From: Spirochaetia bacterium
Lineage (GTDB): Bacteria > Spirochaetota > Spirochaetia > SP-2023
NCBI GenBank assembly: GCA_965225855.1
Contig: CBDDCK010000005.1
Coordinates: 1-64,000, forward strand
Direction of reading: 5' to 3'
Length of the DNA stretch: 64,000 nt
Shown here piece after piece: positions 9,089 to 19,457 of the stretch; the first letter of the stretch is position 1, and each line of letters opens with the position of its first letter. Below the pieces are notes generated by a model. It was given only the letters and a program-made list of their open reading frames with translations, was not told where the DNA came from and did not search any database. A program made the position numbers and the translations under genes.

Positions 9089-10285
9089 TCAATTTTGCCT
9101 TTCCAAGAATATCAATTTGCTAAATGGCTTAATAATATAATTTTCCTCCGGCATAAAAAATGGCTTATTTAATTCAATGCTTTTTGCTTCGTTAATATAG
9201 CGGAGAACATCTTTCACACTGTTTTCTTTTTGAGCTTTGCGAATAAGCCATTTTTGAATATCTTTTGCCGTGCCGCTGTTTTCTATCAGGCCTAATAAGA
9301 TTATTTTTTTATTGTTGTTATATAATTTTTGCACTTCGTTGTATTCTTTTCCCACCAAATGGTGGGGCACAGATGAGGCATTGATGCATACCACGTTATG
9401 CTCGCTTTCATGAAGCGATAGTAAGTTTTGTATGACGTGCGACATGCCATCTATTTTACTGGAAACCACTAGCAATTGCCGGCTGGCATCACGCACTAGG
9501 ATAATCTCATCGCAGAATGAACGGCGCAGATAGTCTTCATATTTGGGGTCGAGTAGTTCGGCACAGGTGTAAATGTTGCGGGAAATCCCTTTGATTTTCA
9601 GCACAGCTAATACCGTTTTTGCATCGGTTTCGGCTGATGTTTTGCTATCATAGGTGTCGGCAAGCACAAGCACTTTACGCGCCTTTTTGACATTGGCTTT
9701 CTCTAAGTAAACTTCTGAACAGTAATCACCGTGCACGAATTTAACCCCACGTAGTTGAGGTTCTTCTACCATCGTTTCAAAAGTTTCCCCATCTATGTTG
9801 GAGATCAATACGATGTCTTCGTCCATTAAATCCTGATCATTGTCGAGTAAATCTTTTAATAAAGAGCTAATATGGCTCTTCCAACCACAGATCACTAAAT
9901 GGTTTTTTAGTTTAGGGAACTCCATTAGCCCTTTCCTCCAAAGTGAGTTTCGCTGAATAAATAGTGATGCCAAAGCAGCAGAGATCAACGTTGTTACCGC
10001 AAAGCCCATCAAAGTAGTAAGGCCTGCGAGTACTCTACCGGCGGTAGTTTTGGGCACAATGTCGCCATATCCTACCGTAGATGCGGTAACCATGGCCCAC
10101 CAAAAACTGTCTTGCAGACTGGAAAACTGGTTTTCTGGGCTGCTTTGTTCGATAACATAGATGGCAATGGCTAGGATACAGTACGATGGTAGCGCAATGA
10201 GTAATGGCAAATAAAAAGAAGAGCGCTGGAAATTGCGGAACAACTGGAAAACCTTCGCTTTGTATTTGCCCGTCCTTTGCTTCAC
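9089..10285 (-). CDS. Two-TM potassium channel with RCK/TrkA-N domain
   Basis: Selectivity filter TVGYGD; HLVICGW NAD-binding-like motif. Confidence 0.9.
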   Translation of the reverse strand: MKQRTGKYKAKVFQLFRNFQRSSFYLPLLIALPSYCILAIAIYVIEQSSPENQFSSLQDSFWWAMVTASTVGYGDIVPKTTAGRVLAGLTTLMGFAVTTLISAALASLFIQRNSLWRKGLMEFPKLKNHLVICGWKSHISSLLKDLLDNDQDLMDEDIVLISNIDGETFETMVEEPQLRGVKFVHGDYCSEVYLEKANVKKARKVLVLADTYDSKTSAETDAKTVLAVLKIKGISRNIYTCAELLDPKYEDYLRRSFCDEIILVRDASRQLLVVSSKIDGMSHVIQNLLSLHESEHNVVCINASSVPHHLVGKEYNEVQKLYNNNKKIILLGLIENSGTAKDIQKWLIRKAQKENSVKDVLRYINEAKSIELNKPFFMPEENYIIKPFSKLIFLERQN

Positions 10286-10604
10286 AGCCCCTCCTACTAA
10301 ATAGCCTATTGTTGCTGTTAGGTAAACTTAGCAAGTCTTCCATTCTACGGCAATGGCAAAGTAAACATTTTACAGAAAATAGCCCACATTCACTTATTTT
10401 GTACCCTGAATAAGGCGTAGTCATTGTCTCTTAGTTCTAAGACAATGAGCGTTGGCTAAGTAGTGTCTACCGCAATACGCCATTACCATAAAGCCCAAAC
10501 CGTTACATTACCCCACATTTCATTGTTCACGCCCTCAACCAATACCCACCAAAAAGGCAAGCAAGGCTTGGCCAAAGTTTATCTTGTTACAAAAAATTCT
10601 TGTT

Positions 10605-10711
10605 AGTTATTAAGAAGGTCTCTTATTAAGAAATTCTCTTGTTAGTTATTAAGAAATTCTCTTGTTGGGCATTAAGAAACTCTGTTGTTGGGCATTAAGA
10701 GACTCTCTTAA
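10605..10711. repeat. ~23-bp tandem array ending in a small palindrome; related copy at ~38370-38421
   Basis: attaagaaattctcttgttagtt-type units; attaagagactctcttaat. Confidence 0.8.
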
Positions 10712-10927
10712 TTGTTATGGCAACGTTCTGGTAATAATTATTGTAAGGGGTTTGTTCAAAGCTATTACTAAAAAAAGTTTGTAGCCTTAATAAAGTTTTT
10801 CTAGCCTTGGTATTTTCTCCATACCAAGGCTATAATTGGCAAAAGCAGCCTTGATAAAAAAACTTACCAAGGCTGCAATAGGCCAATGCAAGCGTTGCTT
10901 ACAGCAACAACCAAACCTTACTTTAAT

Positions 10928-13336
10928 TCAAAACCTTGTTATACTAGCGGTTAGGCCTTTTGGACTATCAGGTACAAATCCTGCTGCTGCTTTAAGTTTG
11001 CCATTCTTAACCAGTATAGCATCGACTTTGTCTTTTACACTACCGCTTAAAGTAATCAATACGCTTATTGCATCTGCATTAGAACCTGTGGCTTTATTTG
11101 TACCTACAGTTGAGTGCCGGGGTAATGTGAATCTCTTACTACCATCACCGGATACAATCGTCAATTTGCTAAAGTCCCATTCTGCAATTGTTGTTGGTAA
11201 CTTGATACCCTGAATCAATAACTTGCCATTATTAGCATTGTAGTATACTTCAGTGATAGAACTTACATACCCACTAACGGTAATAGGGTTGCTTGTGTCT
11301 TCAGCCCTACCACCTGCAAATCCTGCTGCTGCTTCCAGGTTGTATGCACCAGCATCATCACTATCACCATTCTTAACCAGTATATCCTCGGTTTTAACTT
11401 GTTCATGACCCTTTAAAGTAATCGTTAAGCTTGTTGCACTTGCTGCAGAACCTTTGGCACTGTTTCTACCGGATGAGTCGTGGTGTGCTCTTAATGGTTG
11501 ACTCTTACGACCATTACCTGCGACAAACCTCAATTTGTTAAAGTCCCAGCCCCGCACTGATGACGGTAAATTGACACCTGTAATCACTAATTTACCTGTA
11601 GCAGCATTGTAGGTTGCACGGGTAATTGTGGGTGCGGGGTTACCACTAACGGCCAAGCCTTTGGCTGTATCTAAACCCGCCCAAGCACCAGTGCTAGTAA
11701 GCAACCCATCTTTTAGACCATTGCTATCCATACCGTCCTTGCCATTCAGAGCATCTTTATCGGTATCGGTAAGGTAAAGCCAAAGCGCTGTGCCATCGCT
11801 TTTCATACGGTACTTACCTTTTGCAAGACCACGACTATCTGGCCCAGTAGCTGTGCCATCTGCAGTATAGGAACTTAAGGCTAAGCCATCTACCGTGATA
11901 GTTTGGATTTGGGCTTGGGTCGCACTACCTAAGTGAGTACCTTGTACAGTTAGCAGCGCCGTGCCAACATGGTAGCTTGCACTGGTAATTGCAGGGTTTC
12001 CACTAACGGCCAAGGCTTTGGCTGTATTTAAACCCGCCCAAGTACCAGTGCCAACGCTAAGCAACCCATCTTTTAGACCATTGCTATCCATACCGTCCTT
12101 GCCATTCAGAGCATCTTTATCGGTATCGGTAAGGTAAAGCCAAAGCGCTGTGCCATCGCTTTTAATACGGTACTTACCTTTTGCAAGACTGCGACTATCT
12201 GGCCCAGTGGCTGTGGCATCTGCAATATAGGAACTTAAGGCTAGGCCATCTACCACGATGGTTTGGATTTGGGCTTGGGTCGCACTACCTAAGTGAGTAC
12301 CTTGTACAGTTAGCAGAGCCGTGCCAACATTGTAGCTTGCACCGGTAATTGTAGCTTCGGGGTTTCCACTAACGGCCAAGTCTTTGGCTGTATCTAAACC
12401 CGCCCAAGTACCAGTGCCAACGCTAAGCAACCCTTCTCTTAGACCATTGCTATCCATACCTGTCTTGCCATTCAGAGTAGTTTTATGTTGATCGGTAAGG
12501 TAAAGCCAAAGCGCTGTGCCAGCGTTTGCAATGCGGTATTTACCTTTTGCAAGACCACGACTATCTGGCCCAGTGGCTGTGCCATCTGCAGTATAGGAAC
12601 TTAAGGCTAAGCCATCTACCGTAATGGTTTGGATTTGGGCTTGGGTCGCAGTTGTAGCACTTAAGTGAGTACCTTGCAAGGTTAACAGCGCCGTGCCAAC
12701 ATGGTAGGTTGCACGGGTAATTGCAGCTTCGGGTAGTTCATGCGACTCTTCTTCGACTTCTTCAGCTTGTTCGACTTCAGTTTGCTTAGGCGACTCTTCT
12801 TCAGCTTGTTCGTCTTCTTCAGCTTGCTTAGATGGCTGATTGTCATCGGATACTTTAGACTGCTTATTTTCGGGTACATTCCTAACGTCCAAGTCTTTAG
12901 GTGTATTTAAACCCGCCCAAGCACCAGAGCCAACGCTAAGCAACCCATCTTTTCTACCATTGCTACCCACCTTGGCCTCAAGAACAGCTTTATGTCGATC
13001 GGTAAGTCTAAGCCAAATCGCTGTGCCATCGCTTTTAATACGGTACTTACCTTGTTCAAGACCGTTACTATCTGGCCCAGTGGCTGGGTCATCTGCAGTA
13101 TAGGAATCTAAAGCTATGCCATCTACTACGATGGTTTGGATTTGGGCTTCTGTAGGACTTAAGTCAGTACCTTGTACGGTTAACAGAGCCGTAGCAAAGT
13201 CGTAGATGGCATTATTGATAGACGGCCCAGAAGATGGCCCAGAAGATCGATCATCGTCATCGGGTGGGGCGCAGGCCAAGGCCATAAAGGCCAGTAGCAG
13301 TGCTACAGGCAATAAAAATAGTTTGAGCTTATACAT
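10928..13336 (-). CDS. Modular surface lipoprotein, paralogue 2 (A-linker-A-A-A-B-B)
   Basis: Same RBS and lipobox (FMALAC); four A repeats (KYRI..DGTALWL.LTD) and two B repeats. Confidence 0.9.
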   Translation of the reverse strand: MYKLKLFLLPVALLLAFMALACAPPDDDDRSSGPSSGPSINNAIYDFATALLTVQGTDLSPTEAQIQTIVVDGIALDSYTADDPATGPDSNGLEQGKYRIKSDGTAIWLRLTDRHKAVLEAKVGSNGRKDGLLSVGSGAWAGLNTPKDLDVRNVPENKQSKVSDDNQPSKQAEEDEQAEEESPKQTEVEQAEEVEEESHELPEAAITRATYHVGTALLTLQGTHLSATTATQAQIQTITVDGLALSSYTADGTATGPDSRGLAKGKYRIANAGTALWLYLTDQHKTTLNGKTGMDSNGLREGLLSVGTGTWAGLDTAKDLAVSGNPEATITGASYNVGTALLTVQGTHLGSATQAQIQTIVVDGLALSSYIADATATGPDSRSLAKGKYRIKSDGTALWLYLTDTDKDALNGKDGMDSNGLKDGLLSVGTGTWAGLNTAKALAVSGNPAITSASYHVGTALLTVQGTHLGSATQAQIQTITVDGLALSSYTADGTATGPDSRGLAKGKYRMKSDGTALWLYLTDTDKDALNGKDGMDSNGLKDGLLTSTGAWAGLDTAKGLAVSGNPAPTITRATYNAATGKLVITGVNLPSSVRGWDFNKLRFVAGNGRKSQPLRAHHDSSGRNSAKGSAASATSLTITLKGHEQVKTEDILVKNGDSDDAGAYNLEAAAGFAGGRAEDTSNPITVSGYVSSITEVYYNANNGKLLIQGIKLPTTIAEWDFSKLTIVSGDGSKRFTLPRHSTVGTNKATGSNADAISVLITLSGSVKDKVDAILVKNGKLKAAAGFVPDSPKGLTASITRF

Positions 13337-13588
13337 AAGCAATACCTCCAACAATGGATAAAGATTGACAAAACCCATACGGGCTAGTGTACAGTGCCCC
13401 ATTTTGCTAGGGGGGGTGTTGCGTCAAGGCCTATATAAGCTTTTTGTAAGTTTTTTTGTGCTTTTTTTATGTTTGGGGTACTTTTTTTGTGTCTTATTTG
13501 TGTTTTAGTGTTGTAAGGTGGTTAAAAATCCATGCCAATCCATTTGCATTCCATATTATTGTAATCTATAAACCATCAAAGCAACCAA

Positions 13589-13660
13589 TCCATAGTTATA
13601 GACGCAGCAAGTCGATAACTATGGACCGACCTAGTCCATAATTGTTACTTTTCAAAAGTA
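13589..13660. promoter_or_regulatory. Conserved overlapping-hairpin module upstream of paralogues 2, 4, 5, 6 and 7
   Basis: tccatagttat.gac-N7-gtc.ataactatgga overlapping tatggac-N7-gtccata, plus tactttt-c-aaaagta. Also at 27675-27746, 40818-40889, 46091-46162 and 56971-57042. Confidence 0.6.
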
Positions 13661-13719
13661 CATAATTAGGGCATGGTTTGGTTTTTGTTGTGAAGGCTTG
13701 GGGGTGGTGTGTTGGTTGG

Positions 13720-14296
13720 TAGCTAAGTCGGATTCGCTCAATATATCTGGCAATTCAGATATTGCGGGCAATTTTGTCAAATCGGGTAGATCGGTTGTTT
13801 TTTTAGATTTTTCTATTGACTTAATTCCACTTCTGAGATATTTTCTATTTATTCCAAAAGTCTGGTGGGATTCGGACGCGCTCTCTGATAGCTGGGGAAC
13901 TTTAATAGGGCCTTCTTGTGAATATGGGAAGCTCGATTGCTCTTTAATGCATTTCTTACCAGTGATTATAGCGGCCGGGGTAGCCCCAGCCTTTTGTTCC
14001 CTTTTAAATAGGCTTTTACTAATAAATTCATTTTGTTTTGATTGATCTATTACAAGATGATCGTAAAAAGTTTCCCCAGTGTCTTTTCACTTTTTGACGA
14101 TTAAATTGACATTATAGATTTTGTTATTGCTAATAATATTGGCTCTGTAAGTGTCTACTTGCACTATATCATCATTATTGCGTTTATCTGCTTGTTCTTT
14201 TATCTTGATAGAGTTTTTAGTAACCAATCCAATTTTATGTATACTAGCCCTTGTTACATTTACTGATTCGGGACTATATCTAATGTTTAATACCAC
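13720..14296 (-). pseudogene. Decayed ORF with one in-frame TGA, running into the paralogue-2 upstream repeat
   Basis: KIYNVNLIVKK*KDTGETFYDHLVIDQ... stays in frame past the TGA (14087-14089) down to the repeat boundary near 13720. Confidence 0.5.
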
Positions 14297-14362
14297 TTTT
14301 AAGGATTAGAATATTGGCCCCTGTGTGTTTGTTAGATTTGGAAAATAAATATAATATCCAAG

Positions 14363-15589
14363 ATGAACAGCAAAAATCGAACTCTAAATAAAGCTGTAAA
14401 TTTATTAATAAAAGGGCAACTAACTCGCTGTATTCAGCTGCTGGAACCCAAAATATCATTATTTTTGGATAATGCAGATTACTTTTACCTGTTGGGGCGT
14501 TGCTATTTTACCGCTGGAGACAGCGAAAATGCCAAGCTCTATTTAAAACGCGGGTTGGAAAATAACCCGAATCATGAAGAGATTCTATTGCTACAAGCTT
14601 GTTTTGCCGTCAAGGAACGCAATACTTACCGCGCTATTTCCATTTGGTTGAAATTGGAAAATACAGGTTGCCGTCTTTTCTGCCTGCGTTATGGCTTAGA
14701 TCAAATCCGCCGTATCAATGATGTTGAAGAATTATATAATTTTACTCGTGGCCCGAAATTTGCTAAGTTGTTTCCCGCTTTGCCGGGTATATATCGCTAC
14801 CGTATTCTCTGCAGTCTGAAGCGGTTATTTCTTATTGCATCGTTATTTACGGCTGTTTGGTTTCTGTATCGTTCTGGTGTGCCAAAATTAGAGGAATGGT
14901 ATACCGAATGGCGGCAGCAGCGTGAAGAATCGGCTATTATTTCTTTGGCAGGCTTGGAAAGCGCTGATTATTTGGCTTTTGAAAAAGAAGAAACTTTATT
15001 CACTTTGGATATTGAAGAGCTTGATGAACTGGTAAAAACAATTCGCAAAAATTATGATTCATATAATGATAATTTAGTGCAGCGCGATATAAATAAAATT
15101 TTTTATTCCAATGCTAGTAATAAAGTGAAAGAAAAATTTCACATTATAGAAAGCATGCTGGCAAAACGACAAGAAATTTATAATTTAAAGAATAATTTTG
15201 ATTTTTCCAAGGTCCGTCAAAATCCCCAGCTTTACCAAAATTGTTTTGTTCGTTGGGAGGGGAAACCAACCAATATACGGATAAACGATGATGGTAAGTT
15301 GGAATTTTCTTTACTGGTAGGCTATACCGATGGTCGGGTGTTGGAAGGACAAGTTTCGGTTCAAGTAGCTGATTTAGTAAGTGTCTCGGTCGATCAGCCT
15401 ATTATTGTGTTTGGGCGCATTCAAATTATTGACTTGGTGGCAGAGCAGCGAAAGGAAATAACGGCAAAAGCGGCTGGCAAAAAAAATAATAGTTTTAGGC
15501 AAGAACAAAAGGCTGATTCTAAAGAAGACCATGAAAAAAAAACTCCGGCAACTTTTTATATTGAAGCAAAGACTTTAGCTTATTCTTAA
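14363..15589 (+). CDS. TPR-containing membrane protein
   Basis: N-terminal TPR-like YFYLLGRCYFTAGDSENAKLYLKRG; central TM helix. Confidence 0.75.
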   Translation: MNSKNRTLNKAVNLLIKGQLTRCIQLLEPKISLFLDNADYFYLLGRCYFTAGDSENAKLYLKRGLENNPNHEEILLLQACFAVKERNTYRAISIWLKLENTGCRLFCLRYGLDQIRRINDVEELYNFTRGPKFAKLFPALPGIYRYRILCSLKRLFLIASLFTAVWFLYRSGVPKLEEWYTEWRQQREESAIISLAGLESADYLAFEKEETLFTLDIEELDELVKTIRKNYDSYNDNLVQRDINKIFYSNASNKVKEKFHIIESMLAKRQEIYNLKNNFDFSKVRQNPQLYQNCFVRWEGKPTNIRINDDGKLEFSLLVGYTDGRVLEGQVSVQVADLVSVSVDQPIIVFGRIQIIDLVAEQRKEITAKAAGKKNNSFRQEQKADSKEDHEKKTPATFYIEAKTLAYS

Positions 15590-15627
15590 CTCAAAACTAA
15601 AAAATCAAACCGATAAACGGTTTATCT

Positions 15628-16668
15628 TTAAATTCTCGGTTTCATCAAAAATTCTATACTTGTTTCATCAGGAATCCAGCGGCCTAAAATTTCCGTTGAG
15701 GCTTTGTTATTTAAATGGCTATCTCCTCTACGAAAAATCCAATTACAGACAAAAATACCAATTTGACCATAACGATTGCGCACTTGCTGTACAGAACGGA
15801 GCATATATTGGCCGGATTTATGCCGTACTGGAAACAAAATGGGTTGAAAGTCTAAGTGAGGAATCCCCCGTTTTTGTAAAATTAAACCTTCGTGATCATA
15901 AATTTTATTTCGTATCAACACATCAGAAAGGGGCGCAAGATCAATCGTAATTTTGTAATTGAAGTCCAGACCAATTTCAGCGACAAATGCAGGATAAATA
16001 TCGGCACTGATTTCGCGCATAAAAGGCGAATAATATTTCTGAATGCCATTTTGCTGTTCTTGTTCTGAAAAACTGTTCCAAGGGCGTACAATGGTTTTTA
16101 GCGCCATATCTATAAAACTGTAAACATAATAATAGGGTAGGCTCTTTTCTTGTTCAAAACCAAAGAAAAAGTCAGCTAAACCATCACCACTGAAATCTTG
16201 TACGGATAGTACAAATTTTTTTACTGTGAGTGTTTGTTTTTGATTTAAAGAAAAATGCAAGTATTGCTTTTCTTTGCGGCCATTTTTTTCAACAGCATGC
16301 TCGACAACCAACCATAAATCATAGTATTCTTTAGGTTTTTTTTTGCCATTTTGATTGTTCTCTAAAGTTTGTTTTATATCGGGGCGGTGTTCACCTACAA
16401 TGTATATCCGTTCTTTGCCATGGCTAATGGCAAATATATTGCGATAATACTGTTCAAATAAAACATAATCTATATTTTGGTCATTATTGAGTTGGAGTTT
16501 TTTACGGTTTGCTTTACTAAGCAATTTAAAATCTTGAAATTGGTATTTGCCTAGGGCAGACCCATAATGAGTATTTATTGGGTCTGCCAATGTTTTATTC
16601 TCAAAGAAATTATTACTAATACAAGACTGCAGTATTGTGAAGAAAACAAATATTCGCAAAGGGTTCAT
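15628..16668 (-). CDS. Hypothetical lipoprotein
   Basis: 346-aa ORF; ILQSC lipobox; DFSGDGLAD FG-GAP-like motif. Confidence 0.65.
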   Translation of the reverse strand: MNPLRIFVFFTILQSCISNNFFENKTLADPINTHYGSALGKYQFQDFKLLSKANRKKLQLNNDQNIDYVLFEQYYRNIFAISHGKERIYIVGEHRPDIKQTLENNQNGKKKPKEYYDLWLVVEHAVEKNGRKEKQYLHFSLNQKQTLTVKKFVLSVQDFSGDGLADFFFGFEQEKSLPYYYVYSFIDMALKTIVRPWNSFSEQEQQNGIQKYYSPFMREISADIYPAFVAEIGLDFNYKITIDLAPLSDVLIRNKIYDHEGLILQKRGIPHLDFQPILFPVRHKSGQYMLRSVQQVRNRYGQIGIFVCNWIFRRGDSHLNNKASTEILGRWIPDETSIEFLMKPRI

Positions 16669-16833
16669 GATAATGTTTCAGTAGAATAAGTTACAAGTTT
16701 TACATGGAAAGAGCAAAAATGGATAAGGCCATCGATGATTATAGTGATCTTCAAAATTATTGTAATAGCTTTTAAGCTTTGTTATGAGCAGTGTCTGTAC
16801 AGAATTTGGCAAAATAATTATTCTTGCGGCCTC

Positions 16834-17721
16834 ATGAAAGCAATTAAGTCTCCCAATCATTTATATTCTGGTTTATATGATTCCCATTGCCATTTATTTT
16901 TCCTAGCGAAAAAAGGCTTGGATATAGCAACCATTTTACAGCAATACTATGGTGAAGGGCTAAGCTCTCTATTGAATATTGTGCTAGAGCCAGATGAAGA
17001 AAGTTGGGATTGGCATCTTAGCATTGCACAGCAAAGTTACCAACAAAGGCAATGGCCAAAAATTCGGCTTGCAGTTGGTATCCACCCAAATGATGCCGAT
17101 GGTAGTTCTGCTTCCCGCTATCCTCAGCGCAATCAAACCAAAGATTTTGTCAAAGAGGTGCTAGAGCCGGGTTTGGAGCTTGTGGCACAAAGAGTTCGAT
17201 GCCCTGAAGTAGTAGCCATTGGCGAAACGGGGTTAGATTATTACCGCAATGAACAGGATAAAGATTTGCAACAGCAAAGTTTAGAATTTCACATTGCCTT
17301 GGCCCAACAATATCAAAAAACACTGATCATTCACAATCGCGATAGCGATGAAGATATTCAACAAATACTTTGCCATAGAGATTTACCGGCTGGGGGAATT
17401 ATGCATTGTTTTAGTGGCAATATCATGTTGCTAGAATCTTTGCTGGACAAAGGTTTTTACTTTTCTTTTGCTGGTAATGTTACTTACAAAAATGCTGAGA
17501 ATCTGCGTGAAGCTGTTTGCCAAGTTCCATTGGAACGTTTACTCATAGAAACCGACGCCCCTTTTTTAGCACCACAACCTGTGCGTGGTCAAATCAATCA
17601 CCCTGGGTTTATAGGCTATACTCTTGATGTATTAGCTCAATGCCATAACATGGCTTCTAATGTTATGTTACAATATCTGCGCCAAAATTGGCTTCAGCTT
17701 TTCCCTGTATTTTCTTCGTGA
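16834..17721 (+). CDS. tatD: TatD family deoxyribonuclease
   Basis: DSHCH, GIHP, AIGETGLDYY, IHNRD, HCFSG, ETDAPFL. Confidence 0.92.
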   Translation: MKAIKSPNHLYSGLYDSHCHLFFLAKKGLDIATILQQYYGEGLSSLLNIVLEPDEESWDWHLSIAQQSYQQRQWPKIRLAVGIHPNDADGSSASRYPQRNQTKDFVKEVLEPGLELVAQRVRCPEVVAIGETGLDYYRNEQDKDLQQQSLEFHIALAQQYQKTLIIHNRDSDEDIQQILCHRDLPAGGIMHCFSGNIMLLESLLDKGFYFSFAGNVTYKNAENLREAVCQVPLERLLIETDAPFLAPQPVRGQINHPGFIGYTLDVLAQCHNMASNVMLQYLRQNWLQLFPVFSS

Positions 17722-17742
17722 GGGACTATTTATTGTATTTGT

Positions 17743-18412
17743 ATGAGCTCAATTTTTTTGAATCAAATTTCATTAAAATTCTAGTCTGGTGGTGTCTACT
17801 ATTGTTGTTTATTTTTTCCATTGCTTGCCCATGGCAAAAATGGAAATGAAAACGCAAATTACCAAACCGAAAACCCAACGAACCAACAAGAACAACTCTC
17901 TAATTCGCAAGCAAATCTTGTATTATAAGAAGTGGAACAATATCAGTATAGCCTATTTTATTCCGCAGTGCTTGATCGTAACAGGGCAAAATACAGAGGG
18001 TTTGCGTTAGCGCTTGAGTTTTATCGAGCAGAAAAAGCTTTATACTCTACAAAAACTCACTCACAGTACAGCACCCAAAAAACGCTCAAAATCTTGCGCA
18101 GTTATTTATAAGATGGAATAACAGATGACTATATTGATTCAGAGATAAAGGCTTTGAGTCGGCGGCAATTAAAGCCCACTGATTACTTCTTATTGCGATA
18201 AATCAATCTCTACTATTACCTGCTTTATGAACCATAAAAGTCTAACCGTTTTATTATTGTTCAGAACAATAAATGGCAATTAGATAATGCTGCTAGTAGA
18301 ACCCAGAGCCTATGGTGTATTCAAATCCACAAGATATGGGCAGCCATTCAGTCTGTGCGCCTACGTTTATAGTGAAGAATTTAGGAATCTATTACTAGGT
18401 GTAGAGCCATAA
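17743..18412 (+). pseudogene. Decayed gene interrupted by element E3 (appears to resume at 21952-~22070)
   Basis: Long protein-like frame broken by several isolated in-frame TAA/TAG stops; ends exactly at the E3 left end. Confidence 0.5.
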
Positions 18413-18625
18413 TGAAAGAGGACATGATAACTGAACGGGATAAGACGCGATAACTCGGGATTTTTTGGAACAAATGGGAAGGTAAAGGCGAAAGGGCTTC
18501 AGATAAAAAAGCCTAAAACATAGCCAAACGATTATTAATGATCGGCTGGTAAAAGAAATTTTAGCTAAGGCTAAAGCAGAGCTTGAGAACAATACCGATA
18601 AATAAATACCCCAGCCCCTCTAACC

Positions 18626-18838
18626 ATAGAATTACCTCGCACCTATTCAATAGAATTGACCCAAATCTATTGATAGAATTACCTCGCACCTATTCAATAG
18701 AATTGACCCAAATCTATTGATAGAATTACCTCGCACCTATTCAATAGAATTGACCCAAATCTATCAATAGAATTACCTCCCACCTATTGATAGAATTGAC
18801 CCAAATCTATCAATAGATTTACCTCCCACCTATTGATA
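18626..18838. repeat. Alternating 24/23-bp (47-bp) tandem array, ~4.5 units
   Basis: atagaattacctcgcacctattca / atagaattgacccaaatctattg; shorter copy at 45745-45840. Confidence 0.9.
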
Positions 18839-18840
18839 CC

Positions 18841-19248
18841 CTAGTCTTTAATGAAATTTTCTACATCGGCAATACGCAGTTTGCCCGATAGCAATTGGGG
18901 CAAAAGTGTATCCCTAATTTTAGTTAAAGTTTGGTTTTCTATTTTGTTATCAATGTGTGAAATATTTTTATTCAATGTATAGCAGATTATTTGATTGGGA
19001 GACACATTTGAGACGGCATATAGTGCGTATGATTGAAAAGCTTTTTTATGTTTAATGGCACATAATCCACGACCTATACAACAATCATCGGAAATCGTTG
19101 GCCAAATTCTGAACGCCCCTGAAAGAATAATATCCCGTTTTCATTTTCATTAAATGTTTCACCTTTTGGAGATTGCCCCATAGTGTAATCAAGGTGTAAT
19201 CAAGGTGTAATCAAGTATTTTATTCAATTCTACACTTTCCCACCCCCC
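18841..19248 (-). pseudogene. hsdS: Type I restriction-modification specificity subunit remnant
   Basis: Manual translation gives GWESVELNKILDYT / MGQSPKGETFNENENGILFFQGRSEFGQRFP / DDCCIGRGLCAIK...ENQTLTKIRDTLLPQLLSGKLRI*, which are HsdS TRD and conserved-region motifs, with deletions and frameshifts. Confidence 0.8.
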
Positions 19249-19457
19249 CAAAGGCCAAACAAAGGCCAACACCCCACCCCACCCAAGACTTTTGATTGGC
19301 ATTGATTTTTAACCACCTTACAACACTAAAAAAACACAAAAAAACTTACAAAAAGCTTATATAGACCTTGACGCAACACCCCCCCTAGCAAAATAGGGAT
19401 TTACACACTAGCCCGTATGGGTTGGTTAATCTTTATCCATTGTTGGAGGTATTGCTT

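Noticed and set aside
13456..13641. Small ORFs ending ...SITMDRPSP (also 40634-40870 and 46110-46310)
   Set aside because: They arise from the duplicated non-coding upstream module; starts and N-terminal frames are inconsistent between copies.
10455..13728. GCTAAGT as a 7-bp TSD around copy 2
   Set aside because: No terminal repeats adjoin it and part of the motif (tagct) is shared with the copy-4 boundary; chance match is likely.
18626..18838. CRISPR array
   Set aside because: The would-be spacers repeat rather than being unique, the units are too short, and there are no cas genes. The same applies to the 21-bp and 23-bp arrays.
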